Notes: a model not told the origin generated them from the sequence alone. DNA of 64,000 nucleotides from a virus (IMGVR_UViG_3300021600_000004), one strand, 5' to 3'; counted from the stretch's first letter, positions 47,957 to 57,479 are shown. Translations and numbers: made by a program.

Positions 47957-48106
47957 ATGAAAACAATCAAATTAATTGCAGTAATGGCTATAATTAGCCT
48001 ATTTTCATCCTCTTGTATTACATATAGAGGAAGTTGTCCAACAACAGATAAATACTTCTTTTACAGACAACAGGGTGCAGGACCATTTCTTGGACATAGA
48101 TATTAA
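47957..48106 (+). CDS. Unlisted 49 aa putative lipoprotein or secreted peptide (MKTIKLIAVMAIISLFSSSC...)
   Basis: Hand translation; signal peptide ending LFSSSC (lipobox-like Cys). Confidence 0.4.
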   Translation: MKTIKLIAVMAIISLFSSSCITYRGSCPTTDKYFFYRQQGAGPFLGHRY

Positions 48107-48127
48107 TAAACAAATAAATTAACCAAC

Positions 48128-48265
48128 ATGAAACTTATCGAACTAACCCCAATCGAATTTTACCAATTTAAACAATTGGCACAGTTTATCTTTACATATA
48201 CAGTGCTCAAAGGCTCTGTATTTATAGAAGCAGATATTAAAGCATTAGAAGCATTAGGCTATTAA
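48128..48265 (+). CDS. Unlisted 45 aa ORF (MKLIELTPIEFYQFKQLAQFIFTYTVLKGSVFIEADIKALEALGY)
   Basis: Hand translation. Confidence 0.3.
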   Translation: MKLIELTPIEFYQFKQLAQFIFTYTVLKGSVFIEADIKALEALGY

Positions 48266-48316
48266 TTAATCAATAGGGCTCTCTTTAATTAGAGAGTCCT
48301 TATTAAAAACTATGTT

Positions 48317-48835
48317 ATGTACGCAAAAGCAAAACTTTTACTATTACACTATATGCCTGATACATTAACAAAGGGTATGTGGTTTATGAGTATTAAACAG
48401 AACAGTTATAATGATCATTATTATTCAATACATGAATTAAGTCATATTCCTATGGATATGGATTCATATATTAATGCAAATGGTTTTCCTGTTCTTCCTG
48501 TTATATACAGTATGTTCAACAACAATCCTGATGAACCTGAATCTATACTAGCTACACCAGAACAAATTGGTTGGTATGATAAGGGTGATGATAGTGATGA
48601 ACTGTCTAACATTGATGTAAACACCATTAATTATATATTAGAGAACTATGATGGTGAATTAGCTATTGAAATGGAGAATCATGAAGAAGTGGTATTATTC
48701 CAAGGACTTGTCACTATTAGAACAATAGATAATGTTCCATATGGTGATGATGAGGATGATGATGATGATGAATGGATTTATGATCATCCACAAGATAAAA
48801 CTGATTATGATCCTGAAGATTATGATTCTGAATAA
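48317..48835 (+). CDS. Highly acidic protein (172 aa) with a poly-Asp/Glu C-terminus; DNA-mimic candidate
   Basis: ...GDDEDDDDDEWIYDHPQDKTDYDPEDYDSE. Confidence 0.5.
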   Translation: MYAKAKLLLLHYMPDTLTKGMWFMSIKQNSYNDHYYSIHELSHIPMDMDSYINANGFPVLPVIYSMFNNNPDEPESILATPEQIGWYDKGDDSDELSNIDVNTINYILENYDGELAIEMENHEEVVLFQGLVTIRTIDNVPYGDDEDDDDDEWIYDHPQDKTDYDPEDYDSE

Positions 48836-48846
48836 AACTAATTTAT

Positions 48847-49035
48847 ATGACAAAATATTGTAGAGGTTGCGAAAAACCTGAAACAGAAGATTTTTATATA
48901 GAAACTAGGTATGACCATTATGATATATTTACAGGTGAATATTGTGATGATTGTTATGAGCACAAATATCCTTATCGCAAGGATGCTTATTATGATTACA
49001 TGAATGCAGGTGAATATATGGATGATGATTATTAA
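48847..49035 (+). CDS. Small acidic Asp/Tyr-rich CxxC...CxxC protein, 62 aa
   Basis: MTKYCRGCEK...YCDDCYEH...EYMDDDY. Confidence 0.45.
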   Translation: MTKYCRGCEKPETEDFYIETRYDHYDIFTGEYCDDCYEHKYPYRKDAYYDYMNAGEYMDDDY

Positions 49036-49046
49036 ATTAACTAACA

Positions 49047-49271
49047 ATGAAAGAATTATTAACCCATCTATTTAAGGACAAGGTTCCTGAAGATAGACCA
49101 AAACTATGTGTTATAAAGACACAATCTACTGTTACACCAGAAGAGCAAATAAGTTATGAAGATTGGTGTGAAGAACACAGTGTCAGTATTAAATGGCACA
49201 GTAGAGAAGGTATTCACAATGCTAACCATATGATGAGTCTGTGGAATCAAGGTTGTAGAATCAAAAAATAA
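49047..49271 (+). CDS. Hypothetical protein, 74 aa
   Basis: ORF followed by a terminator. Confidence 0.45.
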   Translation: MKELLTHLFKDKVPEDRPKLCVIKTQSTVTPEEQISYEDWCEEHSVSIKWHSREGIHNANHMMSLWNQGCRIKK

Positions 49272-49295
49272 ACTTGGTTAGTTTGTATATGTGTA

Positions 49296-49330
49296 AAGCC
49301 TCTCTATTAATTTAGGGAGGCTTTTTTATT
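49296..49330 (+). terminator. Rho-independent terminator
   Basis: AGCCTCTC-N10-GGGAGGCT followed by TTTTTTATT. Confidence 0.55.
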
Positions 49331-49356
49331 AACTCTGAAAGCAAAAATTATAAAAA

Positions 49357-49923
49357 ATGCCAAACTTATTACCATCTAATTACATGAAGAAACCCCAAAA
49401 AAGAAAAAGATATAAATATATTTACGATAGGCTTATATCACAATATAAATATACACACGTTATAGGACTAGCTGGTCCAAGTTGTAATTCTTGGTGCAAG
49501 AATTTTACTAGTTTTGGTATAAATACATTTGAAATATGGGAGAATGATGCAGCAACAGCTAAAAAACAAGCTAGAACTATAAAATACCCTAAAGCAAGAT
49601 TAAGAATAGGTGATATAATACAAGCTAATCCTAATAGAGTGAAAACATTATATGAATGTGATTTTACATTAGGTGTATATAGAAGCTCTGAGTATATTGC
49701 TAAATTTAGAAACAATTTTTTAATGACATTTTGTATTAGAAAAATAGGTACAGAACGTACAATAGCTGAATTCTTTAGAATTAGAGATGAGGTGATTATA
49801 TCTATTACAGATGTATATGAAGAAATTACTCATAAAATTATTAAAACTAACGTTGGTGAGTATATATATGCTACATATAGAGACTTAAATGGACCACCAA
49901 TGTGCTGTATTGCTAAACTTTAA
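49357..49923 (+). CDS. Hypothetical basic protein, 188 aa
   Basis: ORF. Confidence 0.45.
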   Translation: MPNLLPSNYMKKPQKRKRYKYIYDRLISQYKYTHVIGLAGPSCNSWCKNFTSFGINTFEIWENDAATAKKQARTIKYPKARLRIGDIIQANPNRVKTLYECDFTLGVYRSSEYIAKFRNNFLMTFCIRKIGTERTIAEFFRIRDEVIISITDVYEEITHKIIKTNVGEYIYATYRDLNGPPMCCIAKL

Positions 49924-49927
49924 TAAT

Positions 49928-50497
49928 ATGCCTACAATAGATATTCCTGATAAAATATGTCCACATTGTGGTAATACTTCGTGGTATTATAAACCATCTT
50001 CACCAAACTTTTATGAATGTCATATTAAAAGAAAAGAAACACATAAAAAAGTCTATGAAGACAAAAAACATGATTCTGATATAATAGCAAAAAAGAAAAT
50101 TTGGATGAGAAATTGGAGACAAGCTAATAAAGATCATGTAAGAAAATATAAACTTGATTATGACAAAACTGAAAATGGTAAAAAAGCTAAATCTAAAAGA
50201 TCTTCATATGCTATTGTTGAACTTAGAGATTATTATATTAGAAGTATTCTTAATGCTAATTTACCAGTAAAGCTATTAAAAGAAGATATACCACAAGATT
50301 TAATTGATTTAGAAAGAAAAAATCTTATTATTAAAAGATCATTACATAATACTGATAATCATAGTATTAAACAATGTGTACAATGTGGAATTGCTAAAAC
50401 TATTAATAAGTTTGAAAGTCCAGGTACATTAAAGTGTTATGCATGTTGCTCTCGTAATTATTCTTATAGAAAAAAATTAAAACAAAGTGCAGAATGA
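49928..50497 (+). CDS. Zn-ribbon, helical domain, Zn-ribbon protein (paralog 1). The track ORF starts at 49889; the ATG at 49928 is the likely start
   Basis: CPHCGN...YECH; ...DIPQDLIDLERKNLIIKRSLHN; C-terminal CVQCGIAKTINKFESPGTLKCYAC. Confidence 0.5.
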   Translation: MPTIDIPDKICPHCGNTSWYYKPSSPNFYECHIKRKETHKKVYEDKKHDSDIIAKKKIWMRNWRQANKDHVRKYKLDYDKTENGKKAKSKRSSYAIVELRDYYIRSILNANLPVKLLKEDIPQDLIDLERKNLIIKRSLHNTDNHSIKQCVQCGIAKTINKFESPGTLKCYACCSRNYSYRKKLKQSAE

Positions 50498-51005
50498 AAA
50501 AATATGTATAAGATGTAAATTAGGTGTAAAAGATGTTAAATTTCAAACACCTGGTTCTAAACATTGTATCAAATGTGCTAATGCTCTTTATTATATTAGA
50601 AATAAGGAAGCGATTGATAATAGAACATTAGCAAGATATTATGCCAAACATGAGGAAAATAAAAAAAGAGGTGCTGAACGCATATCAATGTGGAGAGCTT
50701 CTAATCCTGATAAAGTTAAGGTGATTAACAAAAAGAAATACGATTGGGTAAAAGCTGATCCTATTAAATATCAAAAGCAATTAGAAGCTGTTAGAAAACA
50801 AAAAGCTCAAAAAAAATATGGTTATCTAGAACAAATATATAGAGATAGAAGCAAAGAAAATCTTACAGATAATTATATTAAAAGACATTTCTTAACTCAT
50901 GCGGTTAAAATATCCTATAGTGATATACCACAAGAACTTGTAGAATTAAAACGTAAAGAATTATTATTAACAAGAACAATTAAAAATCAAACAAATGGCA
51001 ACTAA
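50487..51005 (+). CDS. Zn-ribbon plus helical-domain protein (paralog 2). GTG start, or the downstream part of a frameshifted fusion with paralog 1
   Basis: CIRCKLGVKDVKFQTPGSKHCIKC; ...DIPQELVELKRKELLLTRTIKN parallels paralog 1. The frame has no ATG until far downstream; 11-nt overlap in the +1 frame. Confidence 0.45.
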   Translation: MQNEKICIRCKLGVKDVKFQTPGSKHCIKCANALYYIRNKEAIDNRTLARYYAKHEENKKRGAERISMWRASNPDKVKVINKKKYDWVKADPIKYQKQLEAVRKQKAQKKYGYLEQIYRDRSKENLTDNYIKRHFLTHAVKISYSDIPQELVELKRKELLLTRTIKNQTNGN

Positions 51006-51213
51006 AACAGTAAAAACAATTACAATTACAGAAGTTATTGATGTGACACGTGAAATGGGTGATAAGGTTATGACTCAGTACAATAAAACAAATGACATCA
51101 AGTTAGGAGATTTAGCATTAAATGCTTACAAAACAGCAATACAAGCTGCTAAAACCCAATTAATCTATAAAAAACTAACAGGAACTCCAGGAGAAATAGA
51201 TTTTCTAAAATAA
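50995..51213 (+). CDS. Hypothetical protein, 72 aa
   Basis: ORF. Confidence 0.4.
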   Translation: MATKTVKTITITEVIDVTREMGDKVMTQYNKTNDIKLGDLALNAYKTAIQAAKTQLIYKKLTGTPGEIDFLK

Positions 51214-51230
51214 ACCAAAAACACATATAT

Positions 51231-51452
51231 ATGCCAACTTTAATGTATTCAAGCAAAGATTACACCAGAACAGAAATTTTAGTCTATAGCCCAATGGCAC
51301 AAATAGACCAAGTAGTTGACACCTTTGTTGATAAACTGTTCTTAAGAGCAGCATCAAGAAGGTTATCTATTACAAACAATAGATATTTCTATGCACCATC
51401 TGATGATTACAAGGTTAACAAATCAAAATTCATCAGAGCAAGAAATGTTTAA
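51231..51452 (+). CDS. Hypothetical protein, 73 aa
   Basis: ORF. Confidence 0.4.
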   Translation: MPTLMYSSKDYTRTEILVYSPMAQIDQVVDTFVDKLFLRAASRRLSITNNRYFYAPSDDYKVNKSKFIRARNV

Positions 51453-51523
51453 ATATTTTGCATTTTTTGTTTTTATCTCTTGGATATGGTTGCTCTATGA
51501 ATTTCATAGGGCACCATTCCTAG

Positions 51524-51727
51524 ATGAAAATGGTCATATTAAAAAGAAATAACATGGAATATACATCCAATTGTTTATTACAAGAGGCTCAAATAGAGCT
51601 TTTAAAGAATAAAATACAAGAATTACAAGATGAAAATGCTGTTTTAATGAAGCAATTACATCCTTCAGGAGAACAAGAATACATAACAACAGTAACTAAG
51701 CCATATAAAATAATTAAAAATGCATAA
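51524..51727 (+). CDS. Small coiled-coil protein, 67 aa
   Basis: ORF. Confidence 0.4.
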   Translation: MKMVILKRNNMEYTSNCLLQEAQIELLKNKIQELQDENAVLMKQLHPSGEQEYITTVTKPYKIIKNA

Positions 51728-51759
51728 AAATGTGCATTATAATGCCTAAATTAATGTTT

Positions 51760-52131
51760 ATGAAAAAAATAATGTTTATTCTATTTATATTTAGTACATT
51801 TACTACATTTGCACAATACACTGCTGTTAAAATAGAAGATGGTGTATACATTAATAAGGATTGGAAGTTTAATACACCAGTGGTAGTTAATATCCCTGTT
51901 GTATTTAACTATCCTCTTGTTATTGTAGGTGATAGTACATATAGAATAATTGATAACATGGGTGATACAACAATGCCTGCATATAAACTATATGTATCAC
52001 ATTGCATCACTACACAAGGATCAATAGGTGTATTAGCTATTACAGAATACAGAGATGGTGTTTATCATTTATCTATATCATATGGTGATGCAATGAGAAG
52101 ATATATATTACAAGACAATATTAAGAAATGA
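51760..52131 (+). CDS. Secreted small protein with an N-terminal signal peptide (MKKIMFILFIFSTFTTFAQ); track ORF starts at 51730
   Basis: Hydrophobic N-terminus with an AQ cleavage-like site. Confidence 0.5.
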   Translation: MKKIMFILFIFSTFTTFAQYTAVKIEDGVYINKDWKFNTPVVVNIPVVFNYPLVIVGDSTYRIIDNMGDTTMPAYKLYVSHCITTQGSIGVLAITEYRDGVYHLSISYGDAMRRYILQDNIKK

Positions 52132-52208
52132 ATATACTAGTGTATGACATAATATATTTGGTAGTCTCAAGTATTTGTCTTAAATTTGCTCATTAAGATA
52201 ATATCATT

Positions 52209-52961
52209 ATGAGCAAAAATACACCTGGAGTTTACATCATTCAAAACAAAATTAATAAAAAGGTTTATATAGGTGCTTCAATAGACACATATAATAGACT
52301 ATGTATGCATAAATGGAGATTAAGAGTTAACACTCATGATAATATTCATTTACAATCATCGTTTAATAAATATGGAGAAGAGAATTTTACATTTGAAGTG
52401 TTAGAAGACTGTGATAAACAATATATTTACTCTCAAGAGAATTATTGGTGCAATTTATTAAATAGCCATAATAGAAAATATGGATATAACATTGATCCAA
52501 CAGCTCCTGATGGCAAATGTAATGTTTCTGATGAAACAAAAATGAGAATGTCTAATAGTGCTCCCAAAAGATCAATAGATGTATACACAATATATGGAGA
52601 ATATTATCAAACATTTACTGATTTGTATAAATGTGCTCATCATTTTAATACAGTGGCTCCTAATATTCATAGAAAAATGAATATTATTATTCCTAAAAAG
52701 TTATTAATTGATTCATTATCAAGCAAATATATATTTGTAGATACAAACATTGATGTTATAGAACTTAAAACTTATTGGGATGATATATTTAAACAAATCA
52801 AAAAAAGTTTTGGAAAGTATACAGTGTATGATTGTTTTGAAAGATTTATTGGAACAGTTGATTCTAGACCTTTATGTAATTTACTAAAAGTAAAAATTAG
52901 TAGTATTACTTGTTCTATTGGAAGAAACACTTATGTAAAATCATTAAAAATAACTAAATGA
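52209..52961 (+). mobile_element. Free-standing GIY-YIG homing endonuclease, 250 aa
   Basis: N-terminus GVYIIQNKINKKVYIGAS...R...H is the canonical GIY-(10-11)-YIG motif; 4-nt ATGA overlap with the DNA polymerase start. Confidence 0.7.
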
Positions 52962-54904
52962 ATGTTGTAATAACAGATATAGAAACAATGGCTGAGTACT
53001 TTCTTTGTACTTGTTATGATCCACAATTAGATGAATGGCAAGAGTTTGAAGTCTCTAAATGGACTAACACTCTTGATGCAATGATAAAATATTTTGAGAA
53101 TGATTATTATTTTGTAACATATAACGGATTAAGATTTGATGGTCAGGTTTTAGAAACTATAATTAAAGAATCTAAACAATGGTATCAATTATCTAGATTA
53201 GAAATTTGTGCAAAAATAGCTCAAATTGCAACAGATACTATTCATGATAGTAATTTTGGAGTATTTCCTAAATATAGAGAGTCAGAATTAAGTTTTAAAA
53301 TTATAGATGTCTTTGAGATAAATCATTATTCAAATAAGAATCGAATGGTCTCTTTAAAGAGACTAGAGTTTGAGATGGATCTTGAGAACATTGAAGAAAT
53401 GCCTATTCATCACACTAAAACAAATATGACAGAAGAAGAAATAGAGATAACTAGAAACTACTGTCGTAATGATGTTTATGCTACATATGAGTTCTATAAG
53501 GTGACTATTGGTGATTGTGAACATCCTTTATACAAGGATAATGATCAAATAGGATTGAGACTAGATATACAAGAAGAATTTGGTATACCATGTTTAAACT
53601 ATTCTGATAGCAAGATTGGTGATGAGATGATTAAGAAGTTCTATTGTCAGGAGAAGAAAATATCATATACTGATTTACCAAAGAAAGGACTATTTAGAAA
53701 AGAAGTGGCTGTTAAACAATGTATAGCAGATTATGTATCATTTAAAACAAAAGAGCTACAACAATTCTTAACTAGGATTAGAAAGATGAAGCTTGGAACC
53801 AAAGATGATTTCAAGGAATCTATTAGCTTTTATAACAATGTATATTCATTTATGAAGGGTGGTCTTCACACAGAAAACAAACCTGAAATATTTGAGGCTG
53901 ATGAAGATCATTTAATCATTGATTGGGATGTATCTAGTTACTATCCTGCTATTATTATTAACAATGGACGCTATCCAGGACATTTAGGAAAAGAATTCTT
54001 AAGTGGATACAAGCAAATGTTTAACAAGAGACTAGAACTCAAACCTTTAGCTAAAAAAGATAAAAGAATAAAAGGTATTGTAGGAGCTCTTAAGCTTGCT
54101 GTTAATTCTGTTTATGGTAAGTCTAGTGATATGCAAAACTGGATTTATGACAGACAACTAACCATGTTCACTACCATTACAGGTGAACTATCATTAATGA
54201 TGTTAATTGAAGCATATGAATTGGAAGGAATACATATCATTTCAGCAAATACAGATGGTGTTACTATTGAGATCCATAAAGAAAAGCTGGAGAAGATGTT
54301 TGAGATTAATGAGTGGTGGCAAACGCTAACACAATATGAGTTAGAACGCACTGATTATCAGAAGATTATATTCAGCACAGTAAATGATTATATAGCAATT
54401 AAAACAGATGGAGAAATTAAAAAGAAAGGGGATTTCCTCACAGATTTTGAATTACATAAAAACAAATCTGCCAGGATTGTACCAATGGCTCTCGAACAAT
54501 ATTATGTTCATAATATACCTGTTGAGTCTACTATTAGGAATCATACTAACATCTATGATTATGCATTAAGACAGAAAGCTAGTAAGGATTTTCATTATGA
54601 AGGACATAGCAAAGAGAATAAGACAATATATAATAAGCTTATTCGTTATTATGTTTCTAATACAGGAGAGAAGCTATTAAAGGTGAAAAACCCTGAATGT
54701 ATAACTAATGCTGTTGATATTAGCCAAGTGGAAGCTGGTGAGTGGGTGATGCATGTATGCAATTTCCTACCAAAAGACCACCCTCTTGATAATATCAACT
54801 ATGAGTATTATATAGAGAAAGCTCAACGCATTATAGATAAGATACAATTAGGTGGTAAGAAAAGAAAAGTCAATATTGACAAGAACCAGCTTTCACTTTT
54901 TTAA
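52958..54904 (+). CDS. Family B DNA polymerase with a 3'-5' exonuclease domain, 648 aa
   Basis: Exo I DIET; exo III YCRNDVYATY; PolB motif A DWDVSSYYPAII (Dx2SLYPS-like); motif B KLAVNSVYGKS (Kx3NSxYG); motif C ISANTDGV (DTD). Confidence 0.75.
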   Translation: MNVVITDIETMAEYFLCTCYDPQLDEWQEFEVSKWTNTLDAMIKYFENDYYFVTYNGLRFDGQVLETIIKESKQWYQLSRLEICAKIAQIATDTIHDSNFGVFPKYRESELSFKIIDVFEINHYSNKNRMVSLKRLEFEMDLENIEEMPIHHTKTNMTEEEIEITRNYCRNDVYATYEFYKVTIGDCEHPLYKDNDQIGLRLDIQEEFGIPCLNYSDSKIGDEMIKKFYCQEKKISYTDLPKKGLFRKEVAVKQCIADYVSFKTKELQQFLTRIRKMKLGTKDDFKESISFYNNVYSFMKGGLHTENKPEIFEADEDHLIIDWDVSSYYPAIIINNGRYPGHLGKEFLSGYKQMFNKRLELKPLAKKDKRIKGIVGALKLAVNSVYGKSSDMQNWIYDRQLTMFTTITGELSLMMLIEAYELEGIHIISANTDGVTIEIHKEKLEKMFEINEWWQTLTQYELERTDYQKIIFSTVNDYIAIKTDGEIKKKGDFLTDFELHKNKSARIVPMALEQYYVHNIPVESTIRNHTNIYDYALRQKASKDFHYEGHSKENKTIYNKLIRYYVSNTGEKLLKVKNPECITNAVDISQVEAGEWVMHVCNFLPKDHPLDNINYEYYIEKAQRIIDKIQLGGKKRKVNIDKNQLSLF

Positions 54905-54915
54905 AAAAATAAACT

Positions 54916-55209
54916 ATGAACACAGCAGAACAAAATGCACTAAATCTAAGTTTTATATATTATGCCTGTGATGCAGCAGCTTCTTCATCTATTGGAGCAT
55001 CTAATACTTGGGAAGGATTATTAGAAATAGTAGATGATTATATGGGTGCTAATGATAAACACAAACATTCAGGTAAAAGAGTTAAATATGTTCCATTTTA
55101 TAGTAAATATCCCTCAGAGTTTGAAGGAACTATATATTATGAAACCCCTGAAGAACAATCTGTAAAAGTATATACAGTAGATTTTAATTATAAAACAAAT
55201 AACCTATGA
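54916..55209 (+). CDS. Hypothetical protein, 97 aa
   Basis: ORF. Confidence 0.4.
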   Translation: MNTAEQNALNLSFIYYACDAAASSSIGASNTWEGLLEIVDDYMGANDKHKHSGKRVKYVPFYSKYPSEFEGTIYYETPEEQSVKVYTVDFNYKTNNL

Positions 55210-55454
55210 ATGATTTCAACTTTATCCCACAAGGTTGGGAATGTCCTAAATGCAAAAGAGTTTATTCTCCTACTACAGTTATGTGTAGCTATTGTCCTCA
55301 AAATACTACATCAGTAACAACTTCAGGAACTACAGCAACATTTGTTTCAGGTACCACTTTTTCTGCTCATAATTTTGAAAAAATCAAAGGTACCTGTAAA
55401 TGCAAAATATGTGGGTTAGAAAAATGGCAACATCCACTTATTTCATATACTTAA
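55206..55454 (+). CDS. Zn-binding small protein, 82 aa
   Basis: CPKCKR...CSYCP...CKCKICG. Confidence 0.4.
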   Translation: MNDFNFIPQGWECPKCKRVYSPTTVMCSYCPQNTTSVTTSGTTATFVSGTTFSAHNFEKIKGTCKCKICGLEKWQHPLISYT

Positions 55455-55484
55455 CCAAAACAAATAACCTATAACAAATAACAT

Positions 55485-55658
55485 ATGAGTAAATCACAAT
55501 TTATATTTGCAGCTGATATAATAATAGACAGCTGCATAGAAAGAGGGATAGAATACCAACGTTCAGATTATTATTGGGCTTATAGAATATTGTTTGAAAA
55601 GTTTGATAGTAAGTTTGATATAGAAAAATTTGATAAATACATAGAAAAAAGAACATAA
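55485..55658 (+). CDS. Unlisted 57 aa ORF (MSKSQFIFAADIIIDSCIERGIEYQRSDYYWAYRILFEKF...)
   Basis: Hand translation; its stop overlaps the next start (TAATG). Confidence 0.3.
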   Translation: MSKSQFIFAADIIIDSCIERGIEYQRSDYYWAYRILFEKFDSKFDIEKFDKYIEKRT

Positions 55659-55846
55659 TGGAAAAATTAAATGAAAGACAGAAAGCTGCAGAGCTTGTAT
55701 TAGACTATTTAGCTATTGTTGGTGATATGAAAGAAGCTAAAGATTGTGCTGTAAAGCTGGCAGATGAAATGCAAAAACAATTTATTAATGACAATGATAA
55801 GTTTTTAATGTGGAATCATATCGTTGTTGAAATACTATCATTCTAA
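55658..55846 (+). CDS. Hypothetical protein, 62 aa
   Basis: ORF. Confidence 0.4.
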   Translation: MEKLNERQKAAELVLDYLAIVGDMKEAKDCAVKLADEMQKQFINDNDKFLMWNHIVVEILSF

Positions 55847-55861
55847 TAAATTTAAGATTTT

Positions 55862-56116
55862 ATGAGTCGCATTAATCGTGAGAACATAGGTGATCATTTA
55901 GTTGATTATCAACTAGGTATGATTGGTAAATCTACTCAAGAAGCACATATGACCAAAGACTGGTTTACTAAATGGACCATGACACAGGAACAACATGATG
56001 CGTTTAAAGCATATGCTATTCCATTATTAAAAAAAGTACTTAAAATAAACAAAGGAAGAGCTGAAGCAAACTTTCAATGGTTTGATTTAGGTTTTGGATT
56101 AAGAATTAAAGATTAA
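55862..56116 (+). CDS. Hypothetical protein, 84 aa
   Basis: ORF. Confidence 0.4.
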   Translation: MSRINRENIGDHLVDYQLGMIGKSTQEAHMTKDWFTKWTMTQEQHDAFKAYAIPLLKKVLKINKGRAEANFQWFDLGFGLRIKD

Positions 56117-56120
56117 AACT

Positions 56121-56675
56121 ATGGGAGCAACACAATTTAAAGAAAGATCAATTGGTAAAACAGCATCAGAAGCATATAGAGTGGCTTGTGAACAAGCTGA
56201 AGAAGAATATGGTAGTCAAGAAGGATATAATGGTACCATCAGCACTACAAGTGGTTTCAGAGATGAGACAGAAGCATATAAGAAAAGTAAGTTTGATGAT
56301 GTTTATGCTTATATACGTAATAGATTTGAAACTATGAACAAAAGAGATTGTTCAGCTATATGTATTAAAGAACCTATTGGTAATAACAATAAGATTAAAA
56401 CACAAGTGGAACACATTGTTGAATCAGGTACAAAGAAATGGATACTTAAGTATTTTGTGTATTCTGGTCGTGATAGTTACATTGGTTCATATATCACTAA
56501 AGGAGAAGCTGTTATAAAAGCTAGAGCACATACAGAAAAAACAACAGAATCCACACATATAACAATGGAGAAGGTGTTAGACAAAGCTAATAAAACTGTA
56601 GCTAAAATTACATACAAGAAAGCTACTAATGAAAGAAATGGTGAATGGATATTCTTTGGTTATGCAGCTGAGTAA
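56121..56675 (+). CDS. Hypothetical protein, 184 aa
   Basis: ORF. Confidence 0.45.
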   Translation: MGATQFKERSIGKTASEAYRVACEQAEEEYGSQEGYNGTISTTSGFRDETEAYKKSKFDDVYAYIRNRFETMNKRDCSAICIKEPIGNNNKIKTQVEHIVESGTKKWILKYFVYSGRDSYIGSYITKGEAVIKARAHTEKTTESTHITMEKVLDKANKTVAKITYKKATNERNGEWIFFGYAAE

Positions 56676-56697
56676 AACAAATAATAAAACAAATAAT

Positions 56698-57207
56698 ATG
56701 AAAACAGAAGATGTTATAGCAAAATATCCAAAGATATTTGCTGATTATGAAGGTAATCCGTTTCAATGTAATTGGTATGGTGTACCGACAGGTTGGTTAC
56801 CAATTATAGATGATTTATGTGGTGCTATACAAGAGTATATAGATAAACACAGTCATTCTATTGATAACCCTGAATATGTAATAGGATCTGAATGGAATAA
56901 AGATGATGTTACCACTCATAAATTTATACAAAAACATCCTGGTCAAGTAACCTGCACACAGATGAAAGAAAAGTTTGGTGGACTCAGGTTCTATGAAAAT
57001 GGTGCAGATAAAAAAGTAGATGGTATGATACACTACGCAGAATACCTAGCTGATAACACATGTCAAGATTGTGGAACCAGAGAAGATGTTGGTATGATAA
57101 CCAAAGGATGGTTAAGTACAATATGTAGAACTTGTGCAATAGCTAGTGGTGATAGAGCTATGAGTGCTTGGGAATCTAATAATGCACCTAAAGAAGAAAC
57201 AAAATGA
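56698..57207 (+). CDS. Hypothetical protein with a C-terminal Zn-ribbon (CQDCG...CRTC), ~169 aa; track ORF starts at 56629
   Basis: An in-frame ATG at 56698 lies after the stop of the upstream gene. Confidence 0.4.
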   Translation: MKTEDVIAKYPKIFADYEGNPFQCNWYGVPTGWLPIIDDLCGAIQEYIDKHSHSIDNPEYVIGSEWNKDDVTTHKFIQKHPGQVTCTQMKEKFGGLRFYENGADKKVDGMIHYAEYLADNTCQDCGTREDVGMITKGWLSTICRTCAIASGDRAMSAWESNNAPKEETK

Positions 57208-57305
57208 TATACGTATTATTAACCATTTATCTCTTGTTTATAGGTTTAATCATGTATAAAATTACACATGAACCATATGATGAGGATAAATAATAAACTA
57301 AAATT

Positions 57306-57479
57306 ATGCCTGATATAAGTTGTTGCAAAGGACAAGATTGTCCATTGAAAGAAACATGTTATAGATTTACAGTGAAACCTGATCCATATTGGCAATCATA
57401 TTTTGGAAATCCTCCTTATGATTATGAAAAGAAAGATTGTGACTATTATTGGAAAACAAAAGAAAAAGAGCATGAATAA
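57306..57479 (+). CDS. Unlisted 57 aa Cys-rich ORF (MPDISCCKGQDCPLKETCYRF...)
   Basis: Hand translation. Confidence 0.3.
   Translation: MPDISCCKGQDCPLKETCYRFTVKPDPYWQSYFGNPPYDYEKKDCDYYWKTKEKEHE

Noticed and set aside
48838-49047. 69 aa hydrophobic minus-strand ORF overlapping the plus-strand gene 48847..49035
   Set aside because: All neighbouring genes are on the plus strand, and the plus-strand ORF has a coherent acidic CxxC composition; the minus ORF is an AT-rich artefact.
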